From NCBI RefSeq assembly GCF_009914755.1, contig NC_060934.1: DNA of 64,000 nucleotides; one strand, given 5' to 3'. How positions within the stretch are numbered: position 1 is the stretch's first letter; every line of letters begins with the position of its first letter. This DNA is from the human T2T-CHM13v2.0 reference genome, Homo sapiens. The notes beneath the pieces are model-generated. The model saw only the letters and a list, made by a program, of their open reading frames with translations, had not been told where the DNA came from and did not search any database. Below, piece by piece: positions 15,794 through 31,717 of the stretch. Made by a program: the position numbers and the translations under genes.

Positions 15794-16167
15794 GATTTTT
15801 CAGCAACCATCCAATTCTCTCCTTCTGCAGAATTTTGTTTGCCATAACAAAAAGGACAATGCCAAAGCTGGGGTGCTAAGACAGAAATGGTTATTACTTC
15901 AACTATGTGCCTAATTCAGGATAAAAGAATACAACTTCCACTTCTTCATGAAAATGGGTCTCATCTCCCTGCCTGTGTCGGGCTTTCTCTAGTAAGTGTG
16001 TACTGAACAAAAAGTAGTTTCTTACATGGTGGCCAGAACAACAGAGTGTGATCTTTATGCTTTCAGGGGCAGAATTCCAAAAGCCTAACATAAAAAGAAT
16101 CTTTCCTAGGTGCATCAGAATTTATTGTGAAGCATGATTAGCACATTTATATTCAGAGGTAGGAAGC

Positions 16168-16800
16168 AGGGATGGATACAGGTTTTGTGGGTCCTGAAGC
16201 TTATACAATTTTGGAGTACTTCCTTAAGGAAAGGAATACAAAAATTATAAACACAAAACTAGCTATGAACCTGAATATGTATTTTTTAAAAAGATAAAAT
16301 TACAACATATTTCAAAAAGTGACAATTACTGCAAACATCACAAAATCTGGAAATTAAAATAGTATTCCTATTAATTAACTGACACACCTCTATAATACAA
16401 TATGCCTGCATATTCTTTGATAGCATCATTTTTGGTAATATTTTCATAGAAAATATTACAAATATTTCAGTCTTTCCTCTAGCATGGTTGATCTTTGTTT
16501 ATTTTTTTATTATGGATGGTTTGGAAAAGTTTCTTTCAGCTTCACAAATTGCTATTCGTAATGTCACGCACAATTTTTAGGAATCAAATTTGGGAAAATA
16601 AACTCTATCAGATTTCTTTTTTCATGTAGATTTGAAAGAATATTCTATGGAGGAGCTTGTGGCTCCACGCATTTCAACATTTTTCTTCCTCTCTTGGCAT
16701 CCTTTGGGTATTTTGCACTGTAGTCTGATTTCCTATCGTGATACAACATCTGTCTCTGCATCTTGATGACATGACACCAGGTAATCCACAATGCTGGCAA
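16168..16800 (+). mobile_element. Arthur1/MER69 (hAT-Tip100) DNA transposon fragment
   Basis: cagggatggatacaggttttgtgggtcctgaagcttatacaatttt matches the recalled Arthur1 terminus; right boundary uncertain. Confidence 0.7.
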
Positions 16801-17145
16801 TAAAAGAAAATCTATGCAGGTCATATTGAGAGAATATGATCTGCCCTATGCACCCCACAAAGTTAGGTGGGGTTTTTTTAATGTCTAGATTAAATGTGAA
16901 TAGATGTGAACAGCACTTTTTATAGATGATAGGTAATTTTAAAAATGAGTAGTCATTGTGTTTTTTAAGTATTATATATGCAAGCTACTTTTATCATGAT
17001 TATTATTTTTGTGAGATAAAAAAAGATCTCCTAAAAGTTCCTGTTACATTCTCTGTGCCCACTTCTTGACTCACCTGCGTTCTAGAAATACACATAACAG
17101 AACCACTGATAGAAGCTTGGACAGAATAGAGTTGATTCACCTTCT

Positions 17146-17464
17146 AATTTTTCTTTTCTTTTTCTTTTTTTTTTTTTTTTTTTTTGAAACAGAGTCTTGC
17201 TCTGTCGCCCAGGCTGGAGTGCAGTGGCGTGATCTCAGCTCACTGCAAGCTCCGCCCCGCTGTTGACGCCATTCTCCTGCCTCAGCCTCCCAAGTAGCTG
17301 GGACTACAGGCGCCTGCCACCATGCCCGGCTAATTTTTTGTATTTATAGTAGAGACGGGGTTTCACTGTGTTAGCCAGGATGGTCTCGATTTCCTGACCT
17401 CGTGATCGCCCGTCTCGGCCTCCCAAAGTGCTGGGATTACAGGCGTGAGCCACCACGCCCGGCC
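17146..17464 (-). mobile_element. AluY
   Basis: CpG-rich, gcaagctccgcc...acgccattctcc diagnostics; TSD caccttctaatttttctt. Confidence 0.93.
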
Positions 17465-18699
17465 TTCCACCTTCTAATTTTTCTTATTCTTTCTTTTCTT
17501 ACCAGCTCCAAAAATGGAGACTAATTTTGCTTTGAACTTTGTAAAATACATATTAAAAGATTGAAAATATTTTCTATACTAAGTACTAGTAGCATCAGAA
17601 TGTAAACCTGGAGCAGTTTATCCAGCTTCCTAAGAATTTCTGCTCAGACCACAGAAAATTCCTGACAGACTAGGAACGGCATGTTAGAGTTAGCAAGTTT
17701 GGCAACGCATTTATTTAAAGCATATTTGCATAGTCATTTAGGAAACTTAATGCTGCAAGATGGGGAATAAAGTCCTTGGAAATAAAGTTTCTATTCTCTT
17801 GGAGATTCCTGAATCAACTTATTACTATATAGGTACTTTTTAAAAATCAGCCTTTATTAATATGCTGCTTGTTCTCCTGCAAACAGGATTCTTGATGAGA
17901 TAGAAGAACACGACTAAGCTGTTCCCTCATTATCACCAAATCATCTCTCTCTCTCCCAAGACGTTCTCTGTACAGTCATTTCCCAAGCCCAGATGGCCAC
18001 AAGCTCCCATATCAAAATTTCAGAACTCCTGAGCTAAGTATTTTCCCTAGAGGATCCACAATTATCTGTATAAGTTAGTGTAAAAAAGACTGAGAAATTG
18101 CTTTTATAAAAAAGTTCTCCAACTTATGGACTGAAATCCCGTGGGTGTTTACCCAGGCAGTAGAATTTCTCACTTCATTTCTGTTTCAGTCTAAGAGTGG
18201 CCAGCAGATAATTTTCTATTTTGGTGGAACAGCAGCAAATGCTTTATTACTCCCTCTGTAACTGGAATAGACGAGTGGGGCCGAATGATAAAGAAGAATA
18301 AAAGGAGAAAATAACAGCAGTATTTTATATGTTAACAATGGCTTTTGCAACAGGTCTGAATGCAACCTGTTTCTGTAATGGGAAAATGGAGTAACCCAAT
18401 AAAAATACACAGATGGCCCCTCGAAAAGGACATTTATTGTTCTTTTGGACTGCACAGTATCGAAAGCTCCTTCCTGCATTTGACGACCTTCCCACCTGAT
18501 GGGTCTGAACTCGGGATGACTGTGCCAGAGACTTGCTTTTCCAGGCCCCCTTGCAGCCCGTGTGCAGGCAGGTACTATTGCCCACCCCTACCAGACCTGA
18601 CTCAGAGCACAAGAAGCAGGGTCAGTGGAGTGTGCTCTTTCCCTGACGTCAACAGCAGCTTTGTTTCAGGAATAAGTCCATTGGAATAAGCCTATCTAC

Positions 18700-18940
18700 C
18701 CAGTCAGATTCCCCAAGAGGCAGACCCGGAAATCAGGCTTTGAAGACAAGCTGTTTATCGGAGATGTGAGCTCAGGAAACATGGGTTGAAAAGTCAGGGA
18801 ACAGAAAAATGTCAGTAGGGGTCTTCAATGAACAGGTTACCCCTGTGAGCACCTGAACTTCAGTCCTACTGGGGTCCTCTGGGAGATGGCTTAGAACAAG
18901 CCTCAGAATTAGTTACCCCCACTGTGGAGGGAGAAATCCA
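18700..18940 (-). mobile_element. ERVL LTR16-like fragment
   Basis: cagattccccaagaggcagacc...caggttaccc ctgtgagcacctg resembles reverse LTR16. Confidence 0.5.
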
Positions 18941-18954
18941 AACTGCTTGTCTTC

Positions 18955-19371
18955 TGTTATGGACTGAACATATTTGTCCCCTCAAAATTCATACGTTGGA
19001 GCTCTAACCCCAGTGTGACGGTATTTGGAGTAAGGAAGTAGTTAAATTAAAATTAAATGAGGTCATCGGGGTGAGTCCCTGATCCGATAGGATTAATGTC
19101 ATTGTAAGAAGAGACAGTAGAGACCTTTCTCTCTCTCTCTTTCTTTCTCTCTCTCTCTCTCTTTCCATGCGCACATGATGACAGACCATATAAAGATACA
19201 GCAAGAAGGCAGCTGTCTGCAAGCCAGGAAAAGAGCCCTCACCAGAAACTATACGGGCCAGAACTTTGATGTTGGACTTCCCGCCTCCAGAACTGTGAGA
19301 AAATGGATTTCTATCGTTTAAGGCTTCCAGGCTGTGGGATTCTGTTAAGGAAGCCCTAGCAGAGGAATACA
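18955..19371 (+). mobile_element. MLT1A-type MaLR solo LTR
   Basis: tgttatggactgaa...caagaaggcagctgtctgcaagccagg...ttggacttcc.gcctccagaactgtgaga...aataca. Confidence 0.88.
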
Positions 19372-19969
19372 TCCTGTGATTCTCTTTTGTCCTGAGGGCA
19401 TCATCACTCCATGACACCCAGCCTGCCCTGCCTGGGGTGGGCAGAGCATTGTCAGAGGCAGCCCTCAGGAGAGAATCACAGGTACTTTCAGAATCACAGG
19501 TGACTGAGGAAGGAGTGGTGGGTGCCAAGCAACTGCAGGTGGGGCATTGACAGAGCCTGCTGCACTCCCCGTCATGAAACCATGACATTTAGCATTCTGG
19601 GGCAGCAGACGTGGTTTTTTTCTGCTGCATCATTTTCATCCCTTTTCCTGGCTGCCTAGCCTTGCACCAGGGTCCTGCCCTCCAAGGATTCAAAGAGCTA
19701 CTATTTCATAAACTACTTTCCTGCTTCAATCAGTCAGAGTCCATTTCTGTTGTTTGCAACTAAGAATGCTCACTGTGCACTCCAAGTTGCATCTAGGCAT
19801 GAAAACAAGAATTTATCAGTGTTATCTGCATCTTCCAACCCAATATTACAACAATAAAGGTGTCTAATTCATGACTGAAACAAGGCAAATTGGTACATGA
19901 CCCTGAAGGGATACTATTTACAAAGTAAGATTACAATATCTGCCCCAAATGTGTAGCAAAAGCCTTAAC

Positions 19970-20330
19970 ATTTTGTTTACCATGTAGTCCAGCAGTTCTA
20001 TTTCTAGCTAATTTGTCCTAAAATAATTGGACAAGAGCTGAATGAATGTGTATTGTGATGAACACATAATGATATTTAGGGCAATGTATATAATGTCAAA
20101 AATAAGAAATCAAATGTCCAAAATCAAGAGAATATTTAAACAAATTACAGTGTATCTTTAGTGGAATACTTTGCAGCTATTAAAAGTGACATTGCAGAAG
20201 TATATTTTTAATATGAAAAAATACTCATGATGTAAGCAAAAAAACAAATTACAGAACAATATAGATCCCATTTTTGTAAGAAGAAAACTTATTACATCTT
20301 GGACAAAATTCTGAAAGAATATATACCAAT
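19970..20330 (+). mobile_element. Ancient L1ME-type 3' fragment
   Basis: cagcagttctatttctag...aaatgtcca...tggaatactttgcagctattaaaa. Confidence 0.55.
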
Positions 20331-20335
20331 ATATT

Positions 20336-20370
20336 ATGGAAAAAAACACAATTACTTTGGCACCAACCTA
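20336..20370. mobile_element. MADE1 (Hsmar1 MITE) half element
   Basis: atggaaaaaaacacaattactttggcaccaaccta matches the MADE1 TIR atggcaaaaaccgcaattacttttgcaccaacctaa. Confidence 0.7.
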
Positions 20371-21240
20371 TTAATCAAAGCTAAATTTGGGTAGTAGAAC
20401 AAAGGTGATTTTTATTTTCACCTTATATTTAGGTATATTTATGATTGCTCTATAATAAGTATTAGATACTAACCAAATTTTTACATAATAATAATAATAC
20501 CTATTCTACCTCATTCACAGGGATAGGTAGGAAAGTGTGATTGTCACTAAAAATTTCATAAACATGCAGCTAAGGAAAGCCTCCATAGAATAAGATATAT
20601 GATAATCTCCAAAACAATTTAGCATATAATTTCACAATGCATCAGTAGGACTGCTATGATTAGTATCAGCAGGCACAAAAATATCGTTAAGATTATGCAT
20701 GAACCATTAGTCATCAGGTGCCAATTAATATGGGAATTCACTCAGTACTAAAAGTACAAACCTAAGATTGTCTTCAGCATCAGCTTCATCAGGATGTTCT
20801 GGAATAAAACCAATTACAAGAGACCAAAAAGTCCTGGCCAATAAAATGATCATTGGATTATATAAAATATTAGTAACGCAATGCATCTTGCTAATATCCT
20901 AATCGCTGTTAGCAGGAACACTTTTAAATCCTAAGGAGACAGAATTAAGTAAGGAGCTCTGGCAGAAGAATTAAAGCAAATGTATACATTGAATACTACT
21001 AAAATAAGTTATTTTGTCCTGGCAACTCTAATGCTTTGATAAATAAGTTACTCAACATCTTACAGAACTTGGAATTTAACATGTGCTAGTGAAAATTCAG
21101 AAGTCGTTCCTTTTACATGCTTGTCACATGGCCAAAGTATTTTTATCTCAAAAATAAGTTGTAGCCATGAATTTAGCCCCCAGGGGCTGAGATCTAACCA
21201 GGGGGGTAGAAACTGTGGATTGCTCCTCACCCTCCCTTAC

Positions 21241-22161
<921 letters not shown>

Positions 22162-22234
22162 TTGTCCCCTTTCCAACATCCTAACAAAACCCAGATTTGG
22201 TTTTTGTATTGACTGTGCACACACACACAGCCTG

Positions 22235-22520
22235 TTGTCCCCTCCTTTCTCCACCCTACTTTGCCCTAGAAGCCTGACCCTGCTGGACTACATCATGGGC
22301 TCTCATGACCTTGAGCTTCTGGTTGGGTTTGGCCAATGGGAGCCCCTGCAGGAGATCATGGAGCAGGGGAAGGGTAAATCCAGGGTAGTTCTTTCCCTGG
22401 CTCCCTCCTTACAGACTGGTTGCATCTCTCAGCCTAAGGTCCTAGCACTGGAAAAGCAGCCCTCTACCCACAGACTAGCTATACCTATGGAACATCTGTC
22501 TCTAGGTTCTAGAAACCATT
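22235..22520. mobile_element. LTR33-like ERVL LTR fragment
   Basis: cttctggttgggtttggccaatgggag...caggagatc motif. Confidence 0.65.
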
Positions 22521-22661
22521 CATTTAAAAAGTGGACAGAAGATACAGGGTCCAATGGGGTGAATCTCAGGATTCTTAACTTGGAACGTAGGCCCGAAGCA
22601 GTCTCTCTTATGACAGATACTGTTGAATTAGTTGATCCCAAAGAATCCAGCGTCTCAGTGG

Positions 22662-23249
22662 TGTCACAGGACCAACAGGTTCATATGTCCACTGCACAGT
22701 AACAAACCAACTACACTGAGACAGCAGAGTTTGCAGCAGAGAAAGAGTTTAATGATCACAGGGTGCCAAGTGAGGATATGAGAGGAAAACCTCAAATCCA
22801 TTTCCCTGAGGAGTTCTAGGCTGGGGTTTTTAAGAAGATTGTGGAGGATAAAGGGCTAGGAAATTGGGGTCATTGATTGGTCAAGGTAAGATGGATGAAA
22901 TCATCAGGACATAGAAATTGCATTCTTTGATGACTCAGCTCATGGGGGTCCTTCAGACCAGCTAACGTCTAGTTTCACTAGTATGCAGGACCTGAAAGAG
23001 TATCTCAAAAGGAAAAATTAATGTCTCATAATGTGCAAGTTGTTGTCTTTAGGGCAGTTAAGGGAACTATAATCTTGTAACAGGTTCTAGCAATTCTGAG
23101 GCAATAGGTACTGAACAACTACAAGGAAGAGGTCAGACAGCAGGCTGACCTCATGATTAATGCTGAATATGCTAAAACTTGGTTTATTTTTGTTTCTCTC
23201 CCTCCCTCCTTCTCTAATTAATTTTATAAAGTTTATAGGGACAGTTTCA
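22662..23249 (-). mobile_element. ERV1 solo LTR (LTR26-like)
   Basis: reverse-complement homologue of 12210-12802; ends ttttataaagtttatagggacagtttca. Confidence 0.8.
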
Positions 23250-23600
23250 GTGGCTGACACAAGGGAAGTTTATTTCTTGCTCATGTTACAGAACAGTGAG
23301 GGTCAGCATGAAATGAGAGGGATCTACTTCCAGAAGTCACCATGAACCCAGGCTGCTTTCTTCCAATGTCTCCACTATTCCCTATGGCCCCTGTTCTTGC
23401 TGCAGGTGGGGAGAGCACGAGCAAGGAGCAGGCCTGGAAGTCACATACATTCCTTCCACCCACATTCCATGGGCTGGAACTCAGCCCTACAACCCCACTT
23501 AACTGCAGGGGCCTGGGAAAACGTAGTCCAACAGCATGGCAGGGAAAAAGAAAACAGAACAGTTTGGTAAACAACCAGCCAGTCTGCACCTCACCCTTCC
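23250..23600 (-). mobile_element. Old MLT1-type LTR fragment
   Basis: cacattccatgggctggaactcag...aactgcaggggcctgggaaaacgtagtc. Confidence 0.55.
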
Positions 23601-23989
23601 AGCAAGGAGTAGCTAGATAAGTCAAGACTGCTCCTGGTAGCATGTGATAGGAACTGAACTATGGTGACTCGGCCAAATAAGGGTGCCCTTTGTTTGTTTT
23701 TATACAGCAAGGAATCTGGGAGTAGGTAACTCAGAGATGTTTAAGGAATCCAGCTTCTCCTCCCTTCTTTCTCTGCAATCCTTAAAGTATGAATTCTGTC
23801 TCCCAGTTGCAAGATGGTGCCAGGTATTCTGCCCAAATTCCAGGCAGGGGAAAGGTGAAAGGGCAAAGTGCAAATGACAAAAGGAATGTGTCTGACAAGT
23901 TTAGTCGCTTTTTAAAAAGACTTTTCTGGAAGCCCCCCTCTCATAGGATGGTCTCTTTCATGACTACACTGCCTTAAGAAAACCTAGGG

Positions 23990-24128
23990 AAGGGTTGCCA
24001 GATAAAACACAGGACGTTCGGTTAAATTTGAATTTCAGATAAACAACAAATAATTTTTAGTATAAGTATGTATGTCCCATGCTGGGTATCCTGTTTTTTG
24101 TTTGTTTTTGCTAAATCTGGAAAGTCTA
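23990..24128. mobile_element. MER53 hAT MITE (internally deleted)
   Basis: agggttgccagataaaa.acagga...ttaaatttgaatttcagataaacaac...ttgctaaatctgg. Confidence 0.8.
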
Positions 24129-24635
24129 GCCTCGGGAGATGTGTATTTTTTCATGGATACATTGCCCCTCTGAAAAAAGTCAAGATTCTGTTGAAAAGAA
24201 AGAGAGGAAAATGGACTTCAGGTAGGCAGCTGGAAGTATATGTCCCAGTGACCACAGGACCCAATACGTGCCAATAGCACATAAGCAGAAGTCTGCAGGA
24301 TGTGTCTTCCAGGAAGTTTCTCCTATCTCCTGATACAATTAGGCACCTGACCTTTTTTTTTTTTCTTTTTTTTTTTTTTCTTTTTTTTACCACAGTTGTG
24401 ACTCCTGGAGGACCAGGAGCCATCTTGAGATCACGAGGTAACAAACATGAGAACAGAGGCCTACACGTCAAAGATGGAGAAACAGAAAGATAATCAGTGC
24501 CTGGGTCCAGAAGGGATTGTTGCCCTGCTGGGGAAGGCTATCCAGGCTGACACTGTCTTTCCTTGCACTCCACGATTATCCTTGTGGAGCCAGGAACTGG
24601 TGTCACGCTTGTCAGGATGAGGGACCTTAGAATTA

Positions 24636-25126
<491 letters not shown>

Positions 25127-25900
25127 CTAAGAAAACCAAACTCTCCAGTCCAATACATATACTTCTAACAGATTTGACATTTATCTCATTATACAAATAT
25201 GCAGAAAGAAAATTAACATTAGGCAATATAACATTGCTGCCATTTTTAAGGAGGAATATGTATATTTTTACAAACAAAAATTCAAAGCAAAATCATACAA
25301 TTAAATGTTTGTGTCAAGTATGTTTTTTCCATATCATTCTATGTATCTTGTAAGGCCTGTAAATAGATTAAAATTTTTGTTGTTACTTATTCCCACTGGT
25401 TCTGGAGTCATGCACTAAAGTGCTGCATTTTTAAGTTTCAATAATTGGACTCCTGAGACTCACAGAGAGGAGGAACATACGTTAAGATATCATATTCTAT
25501 TCTCAACATGTGACTGTCATTATCTTCCAACTCAATAATGCTTATAAATGTACACGCTATGTATGAGCTACTGTAAGTCTTTAAAAAACCTGTAGCTTTA
25601 CATTTACAGCTATCCTAGCCAGTAGGAGTTAATTTTAGCTGGGTTGCACCTATTGTTTCATGCATGCCCTCTAGGTTCTTTGGAAACACTGTAAAATATT
25701 ATGACCCAAAAACAGAAAACCATGATCCATATCCTCAGTCACGTTTTCTTTGACATGGGCAACATGTCACAGATTCAGTAGGAATAAAGGCCACTCGCAG
25801 AAAGAGGAGATAGACTAAGTCTCGATTTGATCATCCTTATCAATGCTATGTAGGAAAGGAAAGGAAAATCCTGGCATGAAAACAATCAAAAATAGTCATT

Positions 25901-26294
<394 letters not shown>

Positions 26295-26711
26295 TTAAAG
26301 ATCTTGCTTCCCTGATGAGGAAAGCCAATGAGCTGCCATCTCCTCTTGAACAGAGATGCCAAACCCAGTTACGTCAACTTCAAAAACCCGTCTGAGTCCT
26401 TTTGTAAAGGTAAAATTTTGTTGTGACAAATGTTTGTTGTGTCAATGAAGTTGGCCATTGCCAAGGGAGATCCTTTTGTTGGGGAAGGATCCTCAAACCA
26501 GCAGTGATTGTGATGATGGAAACGGATCTGTCGTCATGGCTTCATTCATTCTCCAATGGTAATTGGAGAAGCACAGAATTTCTCACTCATGCTGAGGTCA
26601 GAAATCTTTCATAAATGACCTACCAAGTTACTATCAAGTGTGTTTGCTCTTATGTAATGCTAGTAAATACATTTCAGGGTTTTAAATCACTCAATTCTCT
26701 CTCTCTCTTCA

Positions 26712-27000
26712 GATATATATATCTATAAACATATGTACATATGTAAATGTTATGCATATATTATTATTACATATTATACAACTATTACACAGTATACATA
26801 TAATATATACTATGTTAGATACAGTATATATACAGTATTATCGCTACATCTGAGTGACAACACTATATATACTACATATAATACTGTGTACAATATATGT
26901 ATAATATGTCAGAAAGATAATACAAATATATGATTTATTATGTTACATATAATATACATATATAACAACTTGTAAATGTATATATATCTGTAATGTACAA
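26712..27000. repeat. Degenerate (TA)-rich low-complexity tract
   Basis: tatata/tacata-rich sequence. Confidence 0.8.
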
Positions 27001-29147
27001 CACAATCTTTTTAATCTTTCAGGAAATTCACTGAAAATTAAACTGACAAACAAAGATTTCCCAATTAGTGCAATCCTGGCCCCAACTTTCCTTGCAAAGA
27101 TTTCGAACACCCAGCGCTAACGTCTGGACAGCGCCTACCCCTCCTCAGAGTGATGGGAGGAAAGAAGGAAAGGCAAGCAACGGCTGAAAAGATGGAAGGA
27201 ATAAACCAACACTCGTCATTTCTCAAGAGTTTGTGAAACTTCCCATTTTCTGTTAAGGAAGTAAATTACAGAAGCTTCGGTGAAAGGGGTGGAATCACCC
27301 GGTTCTTCAGCTTTGCTTAGCTTGTTGGATGACCAGGGACATCTTCAGATTTTTGTTACCACACCTGGCTCCTGAGCCAGGTCCTTCAGTGAGTGCTTTC
27401 CAAAGGCCCTGTGGCCACTTGCGACTTCCACTGGCTTCTCGTGTTTCGACACTAGTTTTATTTTTGAAATACTTGCCACTTTTCATCATAGGAAATAGCT
27501 GGCTTGACTACCGTTCTCACTCCTTTAGCTGCTGTGTCAATACTTCAAAACATTCAGTCAGTTAACTCGATTCAGTCAAAAATTGTCACAATGTTTAGCA
27601 TTGTGTTGACAAAGCCTATGGCTTTGGAGAAAATACAGCTCATTAAGTTCTTAGTGATTCTTCATGGTGCAGAGCTACACGGTAGCAGCTACAAATGTAA
27701 CCAGACCACCGTGACAAAACGAAGGCAATGAATTAATATCGGAGTGCTCACCATGTGCCAGGCACCGGTTGGAATTTAGCCATGTCTCATCTCACTTTAT
27801 CTCACAATAACCCAAGCCCTTCAAGCTGATGGTTGCCCAAAGTTGGATTGAAATGATAGTTTATTATGCCATTTCTGTTTACTCACTAATACTCAAAGAA
27901 TGCAGAAAAAGATAAGCTTGACAGGCAAATTTCAGTTGATGGTTCAGTTTCCTTGAACTTGTATTTGGTCTTGTTGCAGACTGATTTGACTCCCTTTAAA
28001 AAATCAGAATGTAGAGTGTCTGGGTTCCTGTGCCCAGAGAAAGGACATTAGAGAAGATTCAAAACAGATGGAGATGTAGAGCTGGTTGAGTGCAGGCGGA
28101 GGAAAACCGGAGAGGAGCGGAGGACGGGGGAAGCTTCAGTCTAAAGAACAGTGTCTATAAAATGCACTTTCAAAACAACACTGTCTGAATGCCTCCTTGT
28201 GTGCAAGTTACAGGGCTGACCAAGAGATTTTTAAGTAACCAGGAGAAGACACTAACTTTGCTAATGAATAGCCAGGAAGTGTTAATGAGGCATTCATGAA
28301 GATGCTCTCAGGACTTAGCAATGAGAATGTCCCGAGGCAGGGAACCAGGGCAGGAGAAGGCCTGGGGCGACCTGGGCTTGAGGAGTAGAGTAAATAGAGA
28401 AAAACCTTAGAAATGGGTTCTATAGCAGCCTTTAGCTATAATGTAAGTGGAGTTTATATCTTAAATAAATTATTCTATTTTTACTGCAAATATTCCTCTC
28501 TTAAAAGGACCAACGAATATCTACACATTATATACCTGCTCATCTTCCATGTTCTGTGCCCAGAGGAAGTCCAACAAGCTCGAGACACCACACATCATTT
28601 GCGAGGGAAAGGACAAGGTCTTCCTTAAAAGCAATAAACTGTGTCTCCTGGACTTTTATGTAAGTATCGGCTGGTAAAGGGAGTTGTCACAGACAATAGA
28701 TTTTCCCCACAATTATAAAACTCAGCAGTTTTGTGTCTTGAATGATGATAATACAGACAGATAATTAAATCTTAACTTCTGTCTTAGTCTTCTTCAATTC
28801 TCAACAATGAATTGGTAATTTACTCATGAATTTCATGTATATATATGTATATAATATATATGTATAAGTATATGATATAGATGTATATATATCATATATG
28901 TATATCATGCACACACACAAAAGGCAAAGAAAAGTGCTTTCTATCTTATGTTTTTTCAAATTAAAAATTTGTATCTTGCACTTATTTTTAGTGGTATCAA
29001 ATAAAGCATTCTTTGTACTTTCTGAAGATTTATTAAGACACTAGTAAGCCTTTATGCATTTGTGCTAAGGGAAAAAGGAAGAGAGGGAGGAAGGAAAGAA
29101 ACAAGAAGAGAAGAAAGGAAAAGGATCTCCTCAGTATAACTACCCCA

Positions 29148-29357
29148 TACACACATGGCACACACATGGCACACACATGCACACACACGCGCACATTACA
29201 CACATGCACACACATGCACACATGCACATTACACACACATACACACATGCACACACATGTGCACACATTACACACACGCACACATGCACATTACACACAC
29301 ATATACACATGCACACACATGCACACATATGCACATTACACACACATGCACACATGC
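29148..29357. repeat. CA-rich compound tandem repeat (CACACATG / GCACATTA units)
   Basis: repeated cacacatg and gcacattacacacac units. Confidence 0.9.
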
Positions 29358-29864
29358 AAGATTGTTGGGTACAGTGAGGAAAGGGTTTTTCAGGTGCTTC
29401 TTTTTTAACTGCTAATTCATGGTATTTACAGAAAAGTCAGAAAATATATAGTATGTAAAAAGGGAAAAAATGGAAATCACTTTTAATTGAAGCTCCCAGA
29501 ATTAATCATTGTCAGTATTTTTGGCTACACTCCTAATATTAGTGTCTTTAAAGAGAATATCCTGTGTTCTTTTAGAAAAGAATAGGAAATAAATTAAAGG
29601 ACAGGCCCTGCTGTGTCTCTCTGCCCCCATCTCCTGGAATCTAGCTCCCTTTTCCCTGCCGGGGAGGAGCAATAAACTGTGAAGCCCTCCCTGTGCCACC
29701 TGCCTCACCCCACCCTGATCCCTCCGACCCCATGAAGAGATGTCAACTTCCACTTGGCCAGAGTTTTAAATCCACAAAACTTGAAGATTAGAGCGAAATA
29801 ACTAAAATGAACTTTTAGTTTCTGTCTTCTTACCTAACATACAATTTGGTTAGATTTGCACAAA

Positions 29865-30021
29865 TTAGTGGCATGTGGTGGCACGCACCTGCAGTCCCAG
29901 CTACTCAGGAGGTAGGGCAGGAGGATTTCTTGAGGCCAGGAGTTTGAGGCTGCAGTGAGCTATGATCACGCCACTGTACTTCAGCCTAGGTGACAGGGCA
30001 AGAGCCTATCTCTTTTAAAAA
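29865..30021 (+). mobile_element. Alu right monomer (FRAM or AluJ arm)
   Basis: single monomer ending agagcctatctc. Confidence 0.8.
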
Positions 30022-30347
30022 GAGTTTTTAAAAGATCTGCACAAATGAAGAATATGTGTTTGCAATGGGCTGTCTTATTATGGGCATTTCATGGTGCTCA
30101 TAAAACTCACATTTGGGAGGATTCTCTGTAGCATCTGTATTCAGGGAGCAAATTAAGCAAAACAATACAAACTCATGAATGCAAAATGTAGCACAAAAGT
30201 AAATATTCAGAATGAGAAAAGATTTCACAACAAATAACATATCTTTTAAAACTAACAAATACTGCAAGTGCCACAAAAGGCAAAGAAAAAAATATAATCT
30301 GTTTATTAACTGGCTGACCCACTACCATAATATTTTCCACAGACTAG

Positions 30348-30672
30348 TTTTTTTTGTTTTGTTTTGTTTTGTTTTTGTTTTTGAGACAGGGTCTTACTCT
30401 GTCATCCAGTCTGGAACGCAGTAGCACAATCACAGCTCACTGCAGCCTCAACCTCCCAGGCTCAGTTGATCCTTCCACCTCAGCCTCTTGAGTAAATGGG
30501 ACCATAGGCATGTGCCACCATGCTTGACCAGTTTTTGTTTTTGATTTGGTTATTTATAGAGACAGGGTCTTGCCATGTTGCTCAGGCTGGTCTTAAACTC
30601 CTGGGCTCAAGTGATCTTCCTGTCTCAGCCTCCCAAAGTGCTGGAATTATAGGCGTGAGCCACCGCACCTGC
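30348..30672 (-). mobile_element. AluJ-type
   Basis: reverse dimer, TSD actagttt. Confidence 0.9.
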
Positions 30673-31077
30673 CCTCCCAAACTAGTTTCCAGCTCTACTT
30701 GTTCCTCCTTCACTTCCTACTTCCCAGCAGGGTCAGTATCCTAAGACAGGTTCACATCACAGTTCCGCCCCTGATTCTAGGCCGTCATTCATAATTCCAG
30801 TCAAGTTGCCACGGTATGCAGTAGGGTACTGCTGAAACCCATCCTACGTGGGAAAGCCAGCCACGAGTTGTCTACAGAGTGACTCTGAACCACCAGAACA
30901 CATCCCACTAAACTCTCACTAAATATACACCCCCAACCTGACTTCCCCTTAGCCACATATCCAAGTGCCTGTGGCTACTTCAATGCCACCCAACTCAAGG
31001 AGAATTAAGACAAGGAGAAGTCAAAAGGGGAAGACACAGTGGTCCTAACCAGCTGCAATTAAAAGATCACACTTTTT

Positions 31078-31717
<640 letters not shown>

